Source: Fimbriimonadales bacterium
GTDB taxonomy: Bacteria > Armatimonadota > Fimbriimonadia > Fimbriimonadales > ATM1
DNA: 64,000 nucleotides
Direction: 5' to 3'
Assembly: GCA_041744215.1 (NCBI GenBank)
Contig: JBGTLG010000015.1
Location: 1 to 64,000 of the forward strand
In this document: positions 8,918 to 19,267 of the stretch, one piece after another
How the letters are laid out: each line of letters opens with the position of its first letter
How positions within the stretch are numbered: position 1 is the first letter of the stretch
Made by a program: the position numbers and the translations under genes
Notes under the pieces: model-generated
The model's input: the letters and a program-made list of their open reading frames with translations, nothing else
Told to the model about the DNA's origin: nothing
The model's database searches: none

Positions 8918-10321
8918 CTATGCGCCGCGTGTCTTTTGCAGTACCGAGACCAAGAATTCGGTATTGGAGCTTGTCCGCTTAAGCAACTTGATGAGAGATT
9001 CGGTCGCTTCGACATTGTCTTTTTGGTTTGCCAGCAGCCTGTGGAGGTTATAGACGGCCTCCAACTCCTCAGGAGCAAACAACTTCTCTTCGGCCCTTGT
9101 GGACGATCTCTTTACATCGATCGCCGGCCAAATGCGGCGCTCAGCGAGGTCACGGTCGAGCACCAATTCCATGTTGCCGGTTCCCTTGAACTCCTCGAAG
9201 ATCGCGTCATCCATCTTGGATCCAGTGTCAATCAGCGCCGTAGCGATGATCGTCAAGCTCCCTCCCTCTTCGATGTTGCGGGCCGATCCAAAAAATCGCC
9301 TCGGACGATACATAGCTGCCGGATCAAGGCCACCCGACAACGTTCTGCCGCTAGGGTTCACCGTTAGGTTGCTCGCGCGAGCCATCCGGGTGATCGAGTC
9401 TAGCAATACGACCACGTCGTAACCGACCTCGACCAGCCTTCGCGCCTGCTGGAGGCAAAGCTCTGAAACGCGCATGTGATTCTCCGGGGGCTCGTCAAAC
9501 GTCGAGCTGACGACTTGACCGCGAACAGTCCTGCGCATGTCGGTGACTTCTTCCGGTCGCTCGTCGACCAGGAGCACCATCAGTTTGATTTCTGGGTGAT
9601 TCGCTTCGACGGCGTTGGCAATCGTCTTAAGAAGCGTCGTCTTTCCTGCTTTCGGCGGCGAGACGATTAATCCGCGCTGCCCCTTCCCTATCGGACAAAT
9701 GAGATCGATGATTCTTGCAGAGACTTGGCCAGGGTCAGTCTCCATGCGAATTCGGTCGTTGGGAAAGATCGGGGTAAGGCGGTCAAAATCTGCGCGCTTT
9801 TGGATGATCGGGCTCTCGGTCGCGTAGCCATTGACCGATTCCACCCGCAACATCCCTTGGTACTTCTCGCCTTCCTTAGGGGGTCGAACCTGCCCGAAAA
9901 CGACATCTCCTATCCGCAAGTTGAAGCGCCTAATCTGAGATTGGCTAACGTAGATATCGTCTTGTGAGGGCGCGTAGTTCTTTTGGCGAAGGAAGCCCCA
10001 GCCGTCTGGAAGGACTTCAAGGACTCCGCCACGATATTCGGCGCCTGCCTCACGATTCGTCTCCGCGAGAATCTGCTCGACGATCTGCCCCCTGCTGGTG
10101 CCGTTCAGCTCAAGTTTGAGCTTCTTGGCCTCTTTGACCAGCTCGGCGTCCGACTTTGAGTCGAAGTAAGCATAGTCCAGTTCAGGAAGGAGATCGAGGT
10201 CAGCCTGCGTAAGTGGCATGTCGCGCGGGGCCTTTTCACGAGGCCGCTTCTTGTTGCTTCTTTGGCCTCCACGACGTTGGCCTGGGTCAATTGGATCAGA
10301 ACCGGGTTTCCGGAAGTGCAT
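8918..10321 (-). CDS. rho: Transcription termination factor Rho
   Basis: GFLR, DIYVSQSQIRRF, PIGKGQRGLIVSPPKAGKT, DERPEEVTD, EFKGTGNMEL. Confidence 0.98.
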   Translation of the reverse strand: MHFRKPGSDPIDPGQRRGGQRSNKKRPREKAPRDMPLTQADLDLLPELDYAYFDSKSDAELVKEAKKLKLELNGTSRGQIVEQILAETNREAGAEYRGGVLEVLPDGWGFLRQKNYAPSQDDIYVSQSQIRRFNLRIGDVVFGQVRPPKEGEKYQGMLRVESVNGYATESPIIQKRADFDRLTPIFPNDRIRMETDPGQVSARIIDLICPIGKGQRGLIVSPPKAGKTTLLKTIANAVEANHPEIKLMVLLVDERPEEVTDMRRTVRGQVVSSTFDEPPENHMRVSELCLQQARRLVEVGYDVVVLLDSITRMARASNLTVNPSGRTLSGGLDPAAMYRPRRFFGSARNIEEGGSLTIIATALIDTGSKMDDAIFEEFKGTGNMELVLDRDLAERRIWPAIDVKRSSTRAEEKLFAPEELEAVYNLHRLLANQKDNVEATESLIKLLKRTSSNTEFLVSVLQKTRGA

Positions 10322-10412
10322 AAATCACCTGAAAAAGGGGGATGAGCCGGGGGGTTTGGGCGGGCCTAAACCCGACCGGACAACGAGAGTATATCACGTT
10401 TGCCCGGTATGG

Positions 10413-10943
10413 CTACAACCTTTCGACGATTCCAACGTACGGAAGGTTGCGAAATTCTCCGTTCAGGTCCATGCCATAGCCGACGACGAAGTTCGCCGGA
10501 ACCGGGAACCCAACGAATTCGATGCCGTGCTCCCCCCTGTAGGACTGAGGTTTGAACAGTAGTGTGACCACTCGTATTGACGCGGGTTCGCGAGTTTGAA
10601 GCAGGTTTATGAGTGAGGTGAGCGTCGTGCCCGTGTCGACGATATCTTCCACCAGCAGAACGTGCCGCCCTCGGATATCTGAGCCCAGATCCATGTTAAT
10701 CTTCACGCTCCCGCTCGATTCGTCTGCGCTGTAGCTGCTCACCGCCATGAAGTCCATGGGATATCCCTCGCCGAGCGCGCGCGCGAGATCGGACAGAAAA
10801 AAGACCGAGCCCTTCAGCACCCCCACGAGCAGGGGCTTCTCGTCCCCATACACTTTAGCGATTTCCACCGCCAATTCTTGGATACGGCGGTCGATCTCCG
10901 AAGATGAAATCAGTGTCTTTATCCTTGCAGCTGAGACTCGCAC
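10413..10943 (-). CDS. hpt: Hypoxanthine phosphoribosyltransferase
   Basis: VGVLKGS, VLLVEDIVDTGTT, FVVGYGMD...RNLPY. Confidence 0.97.
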   Translation of the reverse strand: MRVSAARIKTLISSSEIDRRIQELAVEIAKVYGDEKPLLVGVLKGSVFFLSDLARALGEGYPMDFMAVSSYSADESSGSVKINMDLGSDIRGRHVLLVEDIVDTGTTLTSLINLLQTREPASIRVVTLLFKPQSYRGEHGIEFVGFPVPANFVVGYGMDLNGEFRNLPYVGIVERL

Positions 10944-10975
10944 AAAGCGATTTTAGCCTTACTCGACGGGCGAAG

Positions 10976-12106
10976 CTAAATGACCATCGGCTCTACCGTC
11001 ATCTCTCCCTCGGCGAACCGAGCCAGACGGAGCGCGTGCAAGTCGAACGTCTCGCATGCCCCCGCTACCACCAGCTCAGCTGCTGCGCGGCCTGCCGCGG
11101 GCGAGTGCATGATCCCATGGCCACCAAAGCCCGAGCAAATGACGGTGTTCCCTATTCTGTCGATGATTGCGTGCCGGTCTGGCGTCTCAGCATAGAAGCC
11201 GCCCCAGCACTTCTTCGTGTCGAAACCAACGCTCTCCAACAACGGCAATCGGTGGAGCCCAACCTCTGCCATTCGCTCAAGGAAGCCATAGTCGAACGCA
11301 TCGTTGGAGCCGGTCATATCTGCCTCAGGGTCATTGAAGCCGATCAGCAAACCCCTCCCCTCCCGCCGGAAGTGAAAGCTAGTCGCAAGGTCAACCACCA
11401 TTGGCAACTCTTCGGGCAGCCCTGCTGCGCTGTCCGTCATTGCAAGCTGATGCTTCTCCGCTGCCACTGGCAGGTCGACACCGAAGATGTTTGCCACTGC
11501 AGACGACCAGTGTCCACACGCAATCACGACAACTTGCGCTTCGAAGTCACCGACAGAAGTTTCGACACGTCCGGGTGCACCCGAGAGGACTTCCGTCGAG
11601 TAGGGCGCCTTTGCGCCTAACTCCCGAGCCTGGCGCTCGAAGGCCTGGCACACCGCGTACGGGTCCAGGTAGCCGTCGCTCCACGAGACGGACCCCGAAA
11701 TGATGTCGGTGCAGTTTAGATACGGAGCAATCGTTGCGACCTCACTGCCTGTGAGCCGTCTAACCGGCACGCCCCGCTCTTGCTGCATCCCCACGACGGC
11801 GTCCAGATAGCTGTCAGTTGGCTCTGTGGAAGCCACGAAGAGATAGCCGTACTGCTTGAAACCGATGTCGTTGCCCCGGGCAGCTAACTCCTCAAACTGC
11901 CGGATCGAGTAGAGCGAGAGGTCAACATTGATAGGTGTACCGAATTGCGCCCTCACGCCACCTGCTGCACGACCGGTACTCCCCATCCCGAACGTCGGCT
12001 CTTTCTCGAACACCGCGACTTGGAGCGCCGGAGCAACCCGGAGGACATTCAGCGCAACTGACCACCCGATCACCCCGCCCCCAAGGATAGCAACGTCATA
12101 GTCCAT
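10976..12106 (-). CDS. FAD-dependent oxidoreductase (DAO / sarcosine oxidase beta-like)
   Basis: GGGVIG, GSTGRAAGG, TPD, GFGGHG. Confidence 0.9.
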   Translation of the reverse strand: MDYDVAILGGGVIGWSVALNVLRVAPALQVAVFEKEPTFGMGSTGRAAGGVRAQFGTPINVDLSLYSIRQFEELAARGNDIGFKQYGYLFVASTEPTDSYLDAVVGMQQERGVPVRRLTGSEVATIAPYLNCTDIISGSVSWSDGYLDPYAVCQAFERQARELGAKAPYSTEVLSGAPGRVETSVGDFEAQVVVIACGHWSSAVANIFGVDLPVAAEKHQLAMTDSAAGLPEELPMVVDLATSFHFRREGRGLLIGFNDPEADMTGSNDAFDYGFLERMAEVGLHRLPLLESVGFDTKKCWGGFYAETPDRHAIIDRIGNTVICSGFGGHGIMHSPAAGRAAAELVVAGACETFDLHALRLARFAEGEMTVEPMVI

Positions 12107-12207
12107 CGCATTGATTATGAATGCGGGGAAGCCTCAGCCATCGCCTCACGAGGATTGTGAGATTCCGAAGCCGAATCGGGCTCGCTTGTCGTATCATTAG
12201 ATAGTTC

Positions 12208-12879
12208 ATGCGAAGGAAAGGGTTTACGGTTATCGAGCTGTTGGTGGTGATCGCGATCATCGCCATCCTGGCGGCTTTGCTCTTTCCGGTTCTTATGCGC
12301 GCGAAGAATTCGGCGAGACAGTCGGCTTGCATGAGCAACCTCAAGCAGATTGGCGGCGCCTTCGCTCTCTACATGAACGATTTCGACGACCTCTGGCCGC
12401 TGGGCCTCGATCCAGCAGATAAGTACACCCCGCAGATATGGGCCTCGTTCCCTGATTTTCAGCGGCGCATTCCCGAACTGCCGCTGATGCATGACCTGCT
12501 GCAAACCTATCTGCCATTGAGGAGTGTTTGGGAGTGTCCAGCAGACAAGGGTCAGATCATCGACGACATTTCGTTCGAGCTTATGCAAACATCACACAGC
12601 TACCGGCAGTATGGAAGCAGTTACTACTATCGAACTGAGCTAACTGTGCGCCAGTTGAGCGGCACTTCCCTACCTGACATCTCCGCGATCAATGTGTATT
12701 TTGATGGTTCGGGCGCATGGCACACCGGTGCGGATCTGCTTCGACCGGAAGATACATTTCCAGAGATTGACAAGAAGTTTCAGCGGTACCGATACAACGT
12801 GTTGTTTGGCGATATGCACGCTAAGAACATAACTCGACGTCAGTACGAGGATGCGTGGGACTTACCAGTCGTACCCTAA
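12208..12879 (+). CDS. Prepilin-type N-terminal cleavage/methylation protein with H-X9-DG-like C-terminus
   Basis: [24 protein letters not shown]...[19 protein letters not shown]. Confidence 0.9.
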   Translation: MRRKGFTVIELLVVIAIIAILAALLFPVLMRAKNSARQSACMSNLKQIGGAFALYMNDFDDLWPLGLDPADKYTPQIWASFPDFQRRIPELPLMHDLLQTYLPLRSVWECPADKGQIIDDISFELMQTSHSYRQYGSSYYYRTELTVRQLSGTSLPDISAINVYFDGSGAWHTGADLLRPEDTFPEIDKKFQRYRYNVLFGDMHAKNITRRQYEDAWDLPVVP

Positions 12880-14024
12880 GACCAGACGCGATCGTTCAGC
12901 GTGACGGCTCGCTTCACCACGAAGTCGAGGTCACTGTCGAAAATGGCGTCATCACGGCGATTCGGCCTTGGTCACAACAGGACCGCGAGGAAGCAGGCTG
13001 CATCCTTTCACCTGCGTTCGTAAATGCTCATTCGCATCTTGAATACTACGACTTACTCGGAAAACTGGCCGACCGCGAGTACTGGGACTGGATTCGGGAA
13101 TTGACTCGAGTCAAACCGTTGCGGGAAATGGCAGACGTTCAGGACGGGGCAACTCTTGCAGCGCAAAAGAACAGAAGCGTTGGAGTCGCGGCACTCGGGG
13201 AGACCTCCGATTGGCCAGTCAGTGGCATTGCGATGGCTACCGCGAGGCTACAAGGGCGCATTTTTCAGGAGATTATCACCGTTAGAGAATGGGACTCTCC
13301 GACAGAACGCCTCGACCTCCGCAAAGAGTGGGCAGCAAAACAGAGCGCGGAGTCTGGACTGCCAGTCCACTTATCTCCCCACGCCAGTTACACCGTCTCT
13401 CCAGATGTTATGAAGTCGATTGCTGCATCAGGCGATCCTCAGAGCATCCACGTCGCAGAAAGCAAGTTCGAGAACGAAGCGTTCCTACTCGGTACCGGAC
13501 CCATCGCCGAGTTACTTGCTGCGTGGAGTATCGACTTTCGACCTGCCGGCACAACGGCGTTAGGCTACTTGGACATGATCGGCTGCCTGCACGAAAGAAC
13601 GCAAATCGTTCATGCATGCTCTTTCACGTCTGAAGACGTCCAACTTGCAGCAAAGCGCGGCGTCTCGATCGCACACTGCCCGCGATCAAACATTCGACTT
13701 GGCTGCGAAGCTGCCCCGATCGCTCAATTGCGCAGGAAAGGTGTAAGAGTCGGTATCGGAATGGACAGCGCCGCGAGCTCCGGTGACATCGACATGTTTG
13801 CCGAAATGCGAGCCGCAATCGAGGTTTCACAATCCCTGGGAGATCCACTAACGCCAGAAGACGTGTGGCGCATGGCAACATCCGAAGGCGCGGAGTCGCT
13901 GTGGCTTTCGCGAGACTGGTCCATCGAAACGGGCAACGCTCCTCCACTGGTACTTGTGCGCGATTCAATCTCGCTTGCTCACGCAATTGAATCCGGGGCA
14001 AGCGTCGAAGTGATCACCGACTAG
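12855..14024 (+). CDS. Amidohydrolase (MTA/SAH or aminofutalosine deaminase-like)
   Basis: [32 protein letters not shown]. Confidence 0.88.
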   Translation: MGLTSRTLRPDAIVQRDGSLHHEVEVTVENGVITAIRPWSQQDREEAGCILSPAFVNAHSHLEYYDLLGKLADREYWDWIRELTRVKPLREMADVQDGATLAAQKNRSVGVAALGETSDWPVSGIAMATARLQGRIFQEIITVREWDSPTERLDLRKEWAAKQSAESGLPVHLSPHASYTVSPDVMKSIAASGDPQSIHVAESKFENEAFLLGTGPIAELLAAWSIDFRPAGTTALGYLDMIGCLHERTQIVHACSFTSEDVQLAAKRGVSIAHCPRSNIRLGCEAAPIAQLRRKGVRVGIGMDSAASSGDIDMFAEMRAAIEVSQSLGDPLTPEDVWRMATSEGAESLWLSRDWSIETGNAPPLVLVRDSISLAHAIESGASVEVITD

Positions 14025-16714
14025 CGAATGTTCGTCACCACCGACTTGAGCGACCGATCGATTCTCCTTGCCATGTCGCGCAAGTGCATGGAAGTCACGT
14101 CATCACTCGATCCCGCAGCTTCATAACGGCGCTGAAGGCGCACTAACGTGTCCCACGCGATCATTCGAGCATCCTCTTGCAATTGTCCTGGCCGAGCGAG
14201 CGCTTGCACGGTCAGAGCCTCAACAACAAATCGCTGAAGGTCTCTCCGCAGTGGTCCGATGCCACGTCCAGTACCGACTTCACTGAACACAGCTCCTGCG
14301 ATCTTGCCGTACAACTCGCTTAGTGTGAACCTCGCCGGATCTCTGCTCAGCTTGAACGCATTGTTCGCGACGCGGTCAATCGTTTGCGACGAGAGCATCA
14401 TGGTGACGACCATGGCCTGGGAATTCGCTATCACGTCCTTAATCGGTTGATCACTGAAGTTCGGCGAATTCATATCGACAGAGAGATTGAGCAACACCTT
14501 TTCGCTTAGCGGAAACGCATTCTCACTCAACAGCTCGCGAACCACCATGTTCACGGCGTGTCGCTGCAGCGCTGAATCCACTGGCGCGAGCGTGTTTTGC
14601 TCGCCCGGGTCTCCGCGGAAGTTGCGACGACCGTGCAAACCTCCAACAAAGCGAAGCGATGCGATGCCTTCCCTCATCGAACGACGCAGATTCGAATTGA
14701 TTACGCGCGTCAGGTCAGAATACGGTCTACCTGGCAATGGCCACCGATACTCTGCGTTCTTCATCAATCGCTTCGAAACAGCAATCGTCTTTTCGAACGC
14801 ATCGATCGGGTTATTGCTCAAGTCAAATCTAACGACGTACGGATCAAACATATCCGCATTTTCGTCAGTCATGAATGCCAGCCCAGGCAAGCTCGCCTTC
14901 TGTGCGATCCGTGCCAAATGCGGCTGCTGTGCGCGCGGCGTTGAGCCCGGCACGTCGCTGTAGCCCCACTCGATCGCAAGAATGTCGTACTGACCAATCG
15001 TTGGCGAGAAGTAGTCACCGTAGCCTTGCGCAACTGCGGCGATGTTTAGCGGCACGTAATCCATCACGCTCGAACTCGTTCCGTACTTTGCAGTTTTGTT
15101 CGGATCGCCAAGCTCTTCGATGCTGAGTTGCGCCGACGCGACGAAGTTGTGCCTCAAACCCAAGCAATGCCCCATTTCGTGTGCGATCAAGTCAGAGATG
15201 AAGCTCTCGATATACACATCGCGCGACTGTTGAGTCATTCCAGGGAAAAGCGTCTCGAGCGCTGTTAATCCCCACATTGCGCTCCGCAGCTTTTCCGGCC
15301 CTAGGTGACACTCGACGTTCGTCATCCCGCGACCGAGCATCTTGCGCCAGTCGGTCGCCGGCTCAGCCTGCTCAACATGGATGACAGACTCCAGCAGCTT
15401 CGTGGATGACGTCCGAGACGGCGCGGTGATCAGGTCGTATTCTATTCCCGTGTACATCAGAACGCTGTTGTCGCAGTTGATGCTCGCGTTGCGAATCTCG
15501 CCAGTAAACGGATCCGTGCGCACGAGCGCAATTGCGTAACCCGCTTGATCCGAAGCAAAGAATCGAACCACGTTGAACCGCATGTCCGCGTGATCCCAAT
15601 CCTCATCCTCAGGCGCATCGCGAACAACAATGGCGTCCTTGTAGCCGATCGCCTCAAACGCCTTGTTCCATCGCAGAATCCCTTCCCTGACCGCTGGACG
15701 CCATTTCTCTGGAATGCTCCTGTCGATGTACCAAACGATCGGCTCGACGGGTTCGCTAACGGCGTCGTTCGTCTTCTGCTTTAGATTCCAACGATTCACA
15801 AGTCGGGTCGTGCGATCCAACTCCCAAAATCTGCTGTGATCGAAGTAATCCGTCGAGAAGTAGCCAATCCTTGGATCGGCGAGCCGCGGCATATAGTCCG
15901 TCTCACGATGCGGATAGATCAGATAGGAGACGCCAAGAGGGAGACTCCGCGCATCAGCGAGGTGGCTCTTGGCGGTCAGCCCAAGCAGAATCATCAACTC
16001 TTGAAGCGGTCCGCCTCCGCCGCCGCGCGGCGCGCTGTAGAACAAGTCCATCCGCACCAAAACGTTCTCGGGCAACGCGCTGATCTTGTTTACACGACTC
16101 TTGTTGCGATCCAATTGATAGGGACGACCCATGGACGCCGCAATCCTCGTGGACATATCGAAGAGCTCGCCATAGAACAAATCCGTGACGCGAATCATCA
16201 GCGTCTTCGTCTCGGGATGCTCGACCTCGATCTTGTAGCTCTCCAAGACCGCCTCGGGAAATGCGCGTGATGCGGCCAGCGCGAACGGATCGTCCTGCAA
16301 CCAGCGCCACTGGAGATTCGGCGCGTACAGCCACAGATCGTCATCGACGCGTGCAAACCGAAACGCATCGACGATCTGAAAGTCACGGCCAATCGGCATG
16401 CCCGCCGCAAGGTCCTCGTCGTCTGCGCCCATCCGAATAGCGCCCTGAATCAGCCAGTACTTTTCAAGCTGTTCCGGCTTGATCTCCCAATAGATATCCT
16501 TCTTCTTCTGCCACAGCGTGAAGTAGCCGTCAAACTTCGTCGCGTCTTTCGTAAGCTCCTCGTACTTCTTGAGAGCGTCCTCGCGCTGCTTCTCTTCGTC
16601 GGACTTCTCCTGTTTCCCGGCCGACTGCCCAGGATCGGGGATGAACTCGTCTTGAGCGACCGCCGCCGGAAGCACAAGCGCAAACAGGGTCAAGGCAAGA
16701 AAAATCTTTGTCAT
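14021..16714 (-). CDS. Secreted zinc-dependent metalloprotease (DUF5117/DUF4953, EcxA-like)
   Basis: Signal peptide, PRLADPRIGYF, HEMGHCLGLRHNF, SVMDY. Confidence 0.92.
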   Translation of the reverse strand: MTKIFLALTLFALVLPAAVAQDEFIPDPGQSAGKQEKSDEEKQREDALKKYEELTKDATKFDGYFTLWQKKKDIYWEIKPEQLEKYWLIQGAIRMGADDEDLAAGMPIGRDFQIVDAFRFARVDDDLWLYAPNLQWRWLQDDPFALAASRAFPEAVLESYKIEVEHPETKTLMIRVTDLFYGELFDMSTRIAASMGRPYQLDRNKSRVNKISALPENVLVRMDLFYSAPRGGGGGPLQELMILLGLTAKSHLADARSLPLGVSYLIYPHRETDYMPRLADPRIGYFSTDYFDHSRFWELDRTTRLVNRWNLKQKTNDAVSEPVEPIVWYIDRSIPEKWRPAVREGILRWNKAFEAIGYKDAIVVRDAPEDEDWDHADMRFNVVRFFASDQAGYAIALVRTDPFTGEIRNASINCDNSVLMYTGIEYDLITAPSRTSSTKLLESVIHVEQAEPATDWRKMLGRGMTNVECHLGPEKLRSAMWGLTALETLFPGMTQQSRDVYIESFISDLIAHEMGHCLGLRHNFVASAQLSIEELGDPNKTAKYGTSSSVMDYVPLNIAAVAQGYGDYFSPTIGQYDILAIEWGYSDVPGSTPRAQQPHLARIAQKASLPGLAFMTDENADMFDPYVVRFDLSNNPIDAFEKTIAVSKRLMKNAEYRWPLPGRPYSDLTRVINSNLRRSMREGIASLRFVGGLHGRRNFRGDPGEQNTLAPVDSALQRHAVNMVVRELLSENAFPLSEKVLLNLSVDMNSPNFSDQPIKDVIANSQAMVVTMMLSSQTIDRVANNAFKLSRDPARFTLSELYGKIAGAVFSEVGTGRGIGPLRRDLQRFVVEALTVQALARPGQLQEDARMIAWDTLVRLQRRYEAAGSSDDVTSMHLRDMARRIDRSLKSVVTNIR

Positions 16715-16756
16715 GGCGTTTCGCGCCGTATCATACTCGGCGGTAGACTAGCGACG

Positions 16757-17722
16757 ATGGTTCTCGTTGTAGGTGGCGCAGGTTTCGTTGGTTCCCACGT
16801 AGCAAAACTTCTCCGAAAGCAAGGCACACCCCACGTCATCGCGGACAACCTCTCCTCAGGCCACCGCGAGGCCGTTCTCGGCAGCGAGTTCGCCCACTGC
16901 GACCTGAGAGACCCAGCCGACGCCGCCCGGCGCCGCCCCCCCCAGCCGGCCGAGGAAATCATGCTCTGCGCCGGGTCGATCAGCGTGGGGGAGAGCGTCC
17001 GCGACCCCGACATCTACTACAAAAACAACCTCGGCGCAGCCATCAACCTCCTTTCCGCAGCGAAGAAAACGGTCAAGAAGGTCGTCTTCAGCAGCACCGC
17101 CGCCGTCTATGGCGAACCCACCCAAATCCCCATCGCAGAGCAGCACCCAACTATCCCCAAAAACCCCTACGGAGAGACAAAACTCGCCATTGAGCGCCTG
17201 CTCCAATGGTACGCCGCCGCATACGAATTCGAGGCAGTCTCTCTCAGGTACTTCAATGCCGCCGGCGCAGACCCCGAAGGCGAACTCGGCGAGGATCACG
17301 ACCCGGAAGAGCACCTCATCCCTCTCGCTATCGACGCTGCACTCGGACGCAGGCCGCCCCTAACCGTTTTCGGAGACGACTACCCCACGCACGATGGAAC
17401 CTGCATTAGAGACTACATCCACGTCCAAGACCTAGCAGCTGCCCACCTCCTCGCGATGGAGCACCCTTGCCCGCCCGCGATCAATCTGGGCACAGGGCGG
17501 GGCCACAGCGTCAACGAGATCATCCGCGCGGTTGAGCGCGTCGTCGGCCCTGTCCCTCACGAGTTCGGCCCACGCAGAGAGGGAGACCCAGCCCAGCTTG
17601 TGGCGTCCAGCCAACTCGCCAAGCGCGCCCTCGGCTGGGAGCCCGAGAACTCGCTCGAGCAGATCGTCACCCACGCGTACGAGTGGCGAAAGGCGCACGC
17701 CCAAGGCTACGCCACAAAGTAA
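16757..17722 (+). CDS. galE: UDP-glucose 4-epimerase
   Basis: GGAGFVGSH, FSSTAAVYG, NPYGETK, LRYFNAAGA, DGTCIRDYIHV. Confidence 0.95.
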   Translation: MVLVVGGAGFVGSHVAKLLRKQGTPHVIADNLSSGHREAVLGSEFAHCDLRDPADAARRRPPQPAEEIMLCAGSISVGESVRDPDIYYKNNLGAAINLLSAAKKTVKKVVFSSTAAVYGEPTQIPIAEQHPTIPKNPYGETKLAIERLLQWYAAAYEFEAVSLRYFNAAGADPEGELGEDHDPEEHLIPLAIDAALGRRPPLTVFGDDYPTHDGTCIRDYIHVQDLAAAHLLAMEHPCPPAINLGTGRGHSVNEIIRAVERVVGPVPHEFGPRREGDPAQLVASSQLAKRALGWEPENSLEQIVTHAYEWRKAHAQGYATK

Positions 17723-17756
17723 AAGGGCGGCTCGCAAAACTCACATCGCGAGCCGC
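17721..17756 (-). terminator. Intrinsic terminator-like hairpin (copy 1)
   Basis: Stem GCGGCTCGC/GCGAGCCGC followed by TTTT on the minus strand. Confidence 0.55.
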
Positions 17757-17953
17757 AACCTCATTGCTTTCTGCACTCTTCGCATCACCTGCGACGTTGC
17801 ACTCATAAGAGCGACGAAGATCGGTCCGATCCTCTCTCCTCCCCCGGCGTCTTCCGGGGCGGGGGGACCAGCCTGCACTGTGCTCTCGCCAACCATTGTA
17901 AGGCAGAAGTCGGGATTTGGATCAGCCGAAGGCCAATTTTCTTCAAAACACGT

Positions 17954-17992
17954 AAAAATACCGGCTCGCGAAACTCATGCGGCGAGCCGGTA
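17954..17992 (-). terminator. Intrinsic terminator of the PEP-CTERM gene (copy 2)
   Basis: Stem TACCGGCTCGC/GCGAGCCGGTA followed by TTTTT on the minus strand. Confidence 0.75.
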
Positions 17993-18012
17993 GATTACAA
18001 TCAAGAAGGGAG

Positions 18013-18831
18013 CTACTTGCGGCGGCGGCGGGCAGCCAAAGCGGCTAGCCCAAGCCCGATGATCGCAAGCGTCCCCGGTTCAGGAACAACAGCGTGCGAT
18101 GACTGCAGCACCATCGTCTGTCCAGGATTGAGCGAAAACGTCCACTGGACGGCGCCCGTATAGTCGCCAGGACCGAACGGCAATCCCGTGTTGTTGAGAT
18201 CGTCAATCACGGCATTCGCAAGCAGGCCGCGAACCGTCGCGAACGAAGTCACCTGGTACGCGACCGCGTCAATCGCCCGACTCTGAGCGACGAGGCTCGT
18301 GTTCGGATCGGTGATTTGGATCAGGAGTGCCGGGTTGTTGCTCACGAGCGACGCAGAGTCACCGCCAGCTGTCCCGCCCACGTCCCAGTCAGCGTAAGAG
18401 AAGAAAGACATCGTTCGAGCGTTGTTGCCGACGTTAGTGATGATCGCCGTGCTCGTAACAAGTCCAAGCCCTGCGCCCGGCTCTGTGACCGTATAGAGCA
18501 AGTCGACTCGCATCCCTTCCGGCTCAGAGTAATTGAGGGTCGCCATATTTCCAGCCACCGAGTGGCCCGTGTACCCGCTAAGTCCGTGCTCGCGTGTGTT
18601 CACGCCGTGGACGCGATACCACCACCATTGCTGGAACATGTGGTCTGTGGCCGAGCCGCCAACCGTGAAGAATGCGGTCGTGCCGCCGCCCGAGCCGTCG
18701 CGGTTTGCCGCGGCCGTGTAGGCAGATGCCGATGTCCAGCCAAACGACGCCCCGCCCTGGGTGATCGTGATTTGAGCAGCAGCCCCCGCGCAGAGCGCAC
18801 CGGCTACAGCCAAACTAATAAGTTTCCTCAT
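18013..18831 (-). CDS. PEP-CTERM sorting domain surface protein
   Basis: GGAG RBS, signal peptide, C-terminal VPEPGT + TM helix + RRRRK. Confidence 0.95.
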   Translation of the reverse strand: MRKLISLAVAGALCAGAAAQITITQGGASFGWTSASAYTAAANRDGSGGGTTAFFTVGGSATDHMFQQWWWYRVHGVNTREHGLSGYTGHSVAGNMATLNYSEPEGMRVDLLYTVTEPGAGLGLVTSTAIITNVGNNARTMSFFSYADWDVGGTAGGDSASLVSNNPALLIQITDPNTSLVAQSRAIDAVAYQVTSFATVRGLLANAVIDDLNNTGLPFGPGDYTGAVQWTFSLNPGQTMVLQSSHAVVPEPGTLAIIGLGLAALAARRRRK

Positions 18832-18969
18832 ATGCTCTCCTTTGAGATTGGGAGGCCTGTTTCTCCCACTCAACCACGGCCATTATACGAGAACTCTCCT
18901 CAAAAGCAAGCCCTCACCTGTGACTTTTGGGATTTCTAGCAAAAATGCCAGGTACGAGGCCGAATTCTG

Positions 18970-19153
18970 GCTCCGCCACTGCGCCATCACGCTCCTTCAT
19001 TGCGCATTCACGCTCCGTCATTGCGCCATCACGCTCCGTCATTGCGCCATCACGCTCCGTCATTGCGCCATCACGCTCCGTCAATGCGCCATCACGCTCC
19101 GTCAATGCGCCATCACGCTCCGTCACTGCGCCATCACGCTCCTTCATTGCGCA
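18970..19153. repeat. 21-bp tandem repeat, 8 full copies plus 1 partial, consensus GCTCCGTCATTGCGCCATCAC
   Basis: Counted directly: units start at 18970, 18991, 19012, 19033, 19054, 19075, 19096, 19117 and 19138. Confidence 0.97.
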
Positions 19154-19267
19154 GTCCGGAGACAGAAACTCTCAGCGTGCCTCTAAAGTTTTTCTCCAAA
19201 CTTGCCGACAAACATCGAAAGCGGCCGCGCGAAAACGTTCGCGACACTCTGCCGCAAGGAGGACACG

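Noticed and set aside
18970-19153. CRISPR or guide-RNA array
   Set aside because: Contiguous units with no unique spacers and no cas genes in the window.
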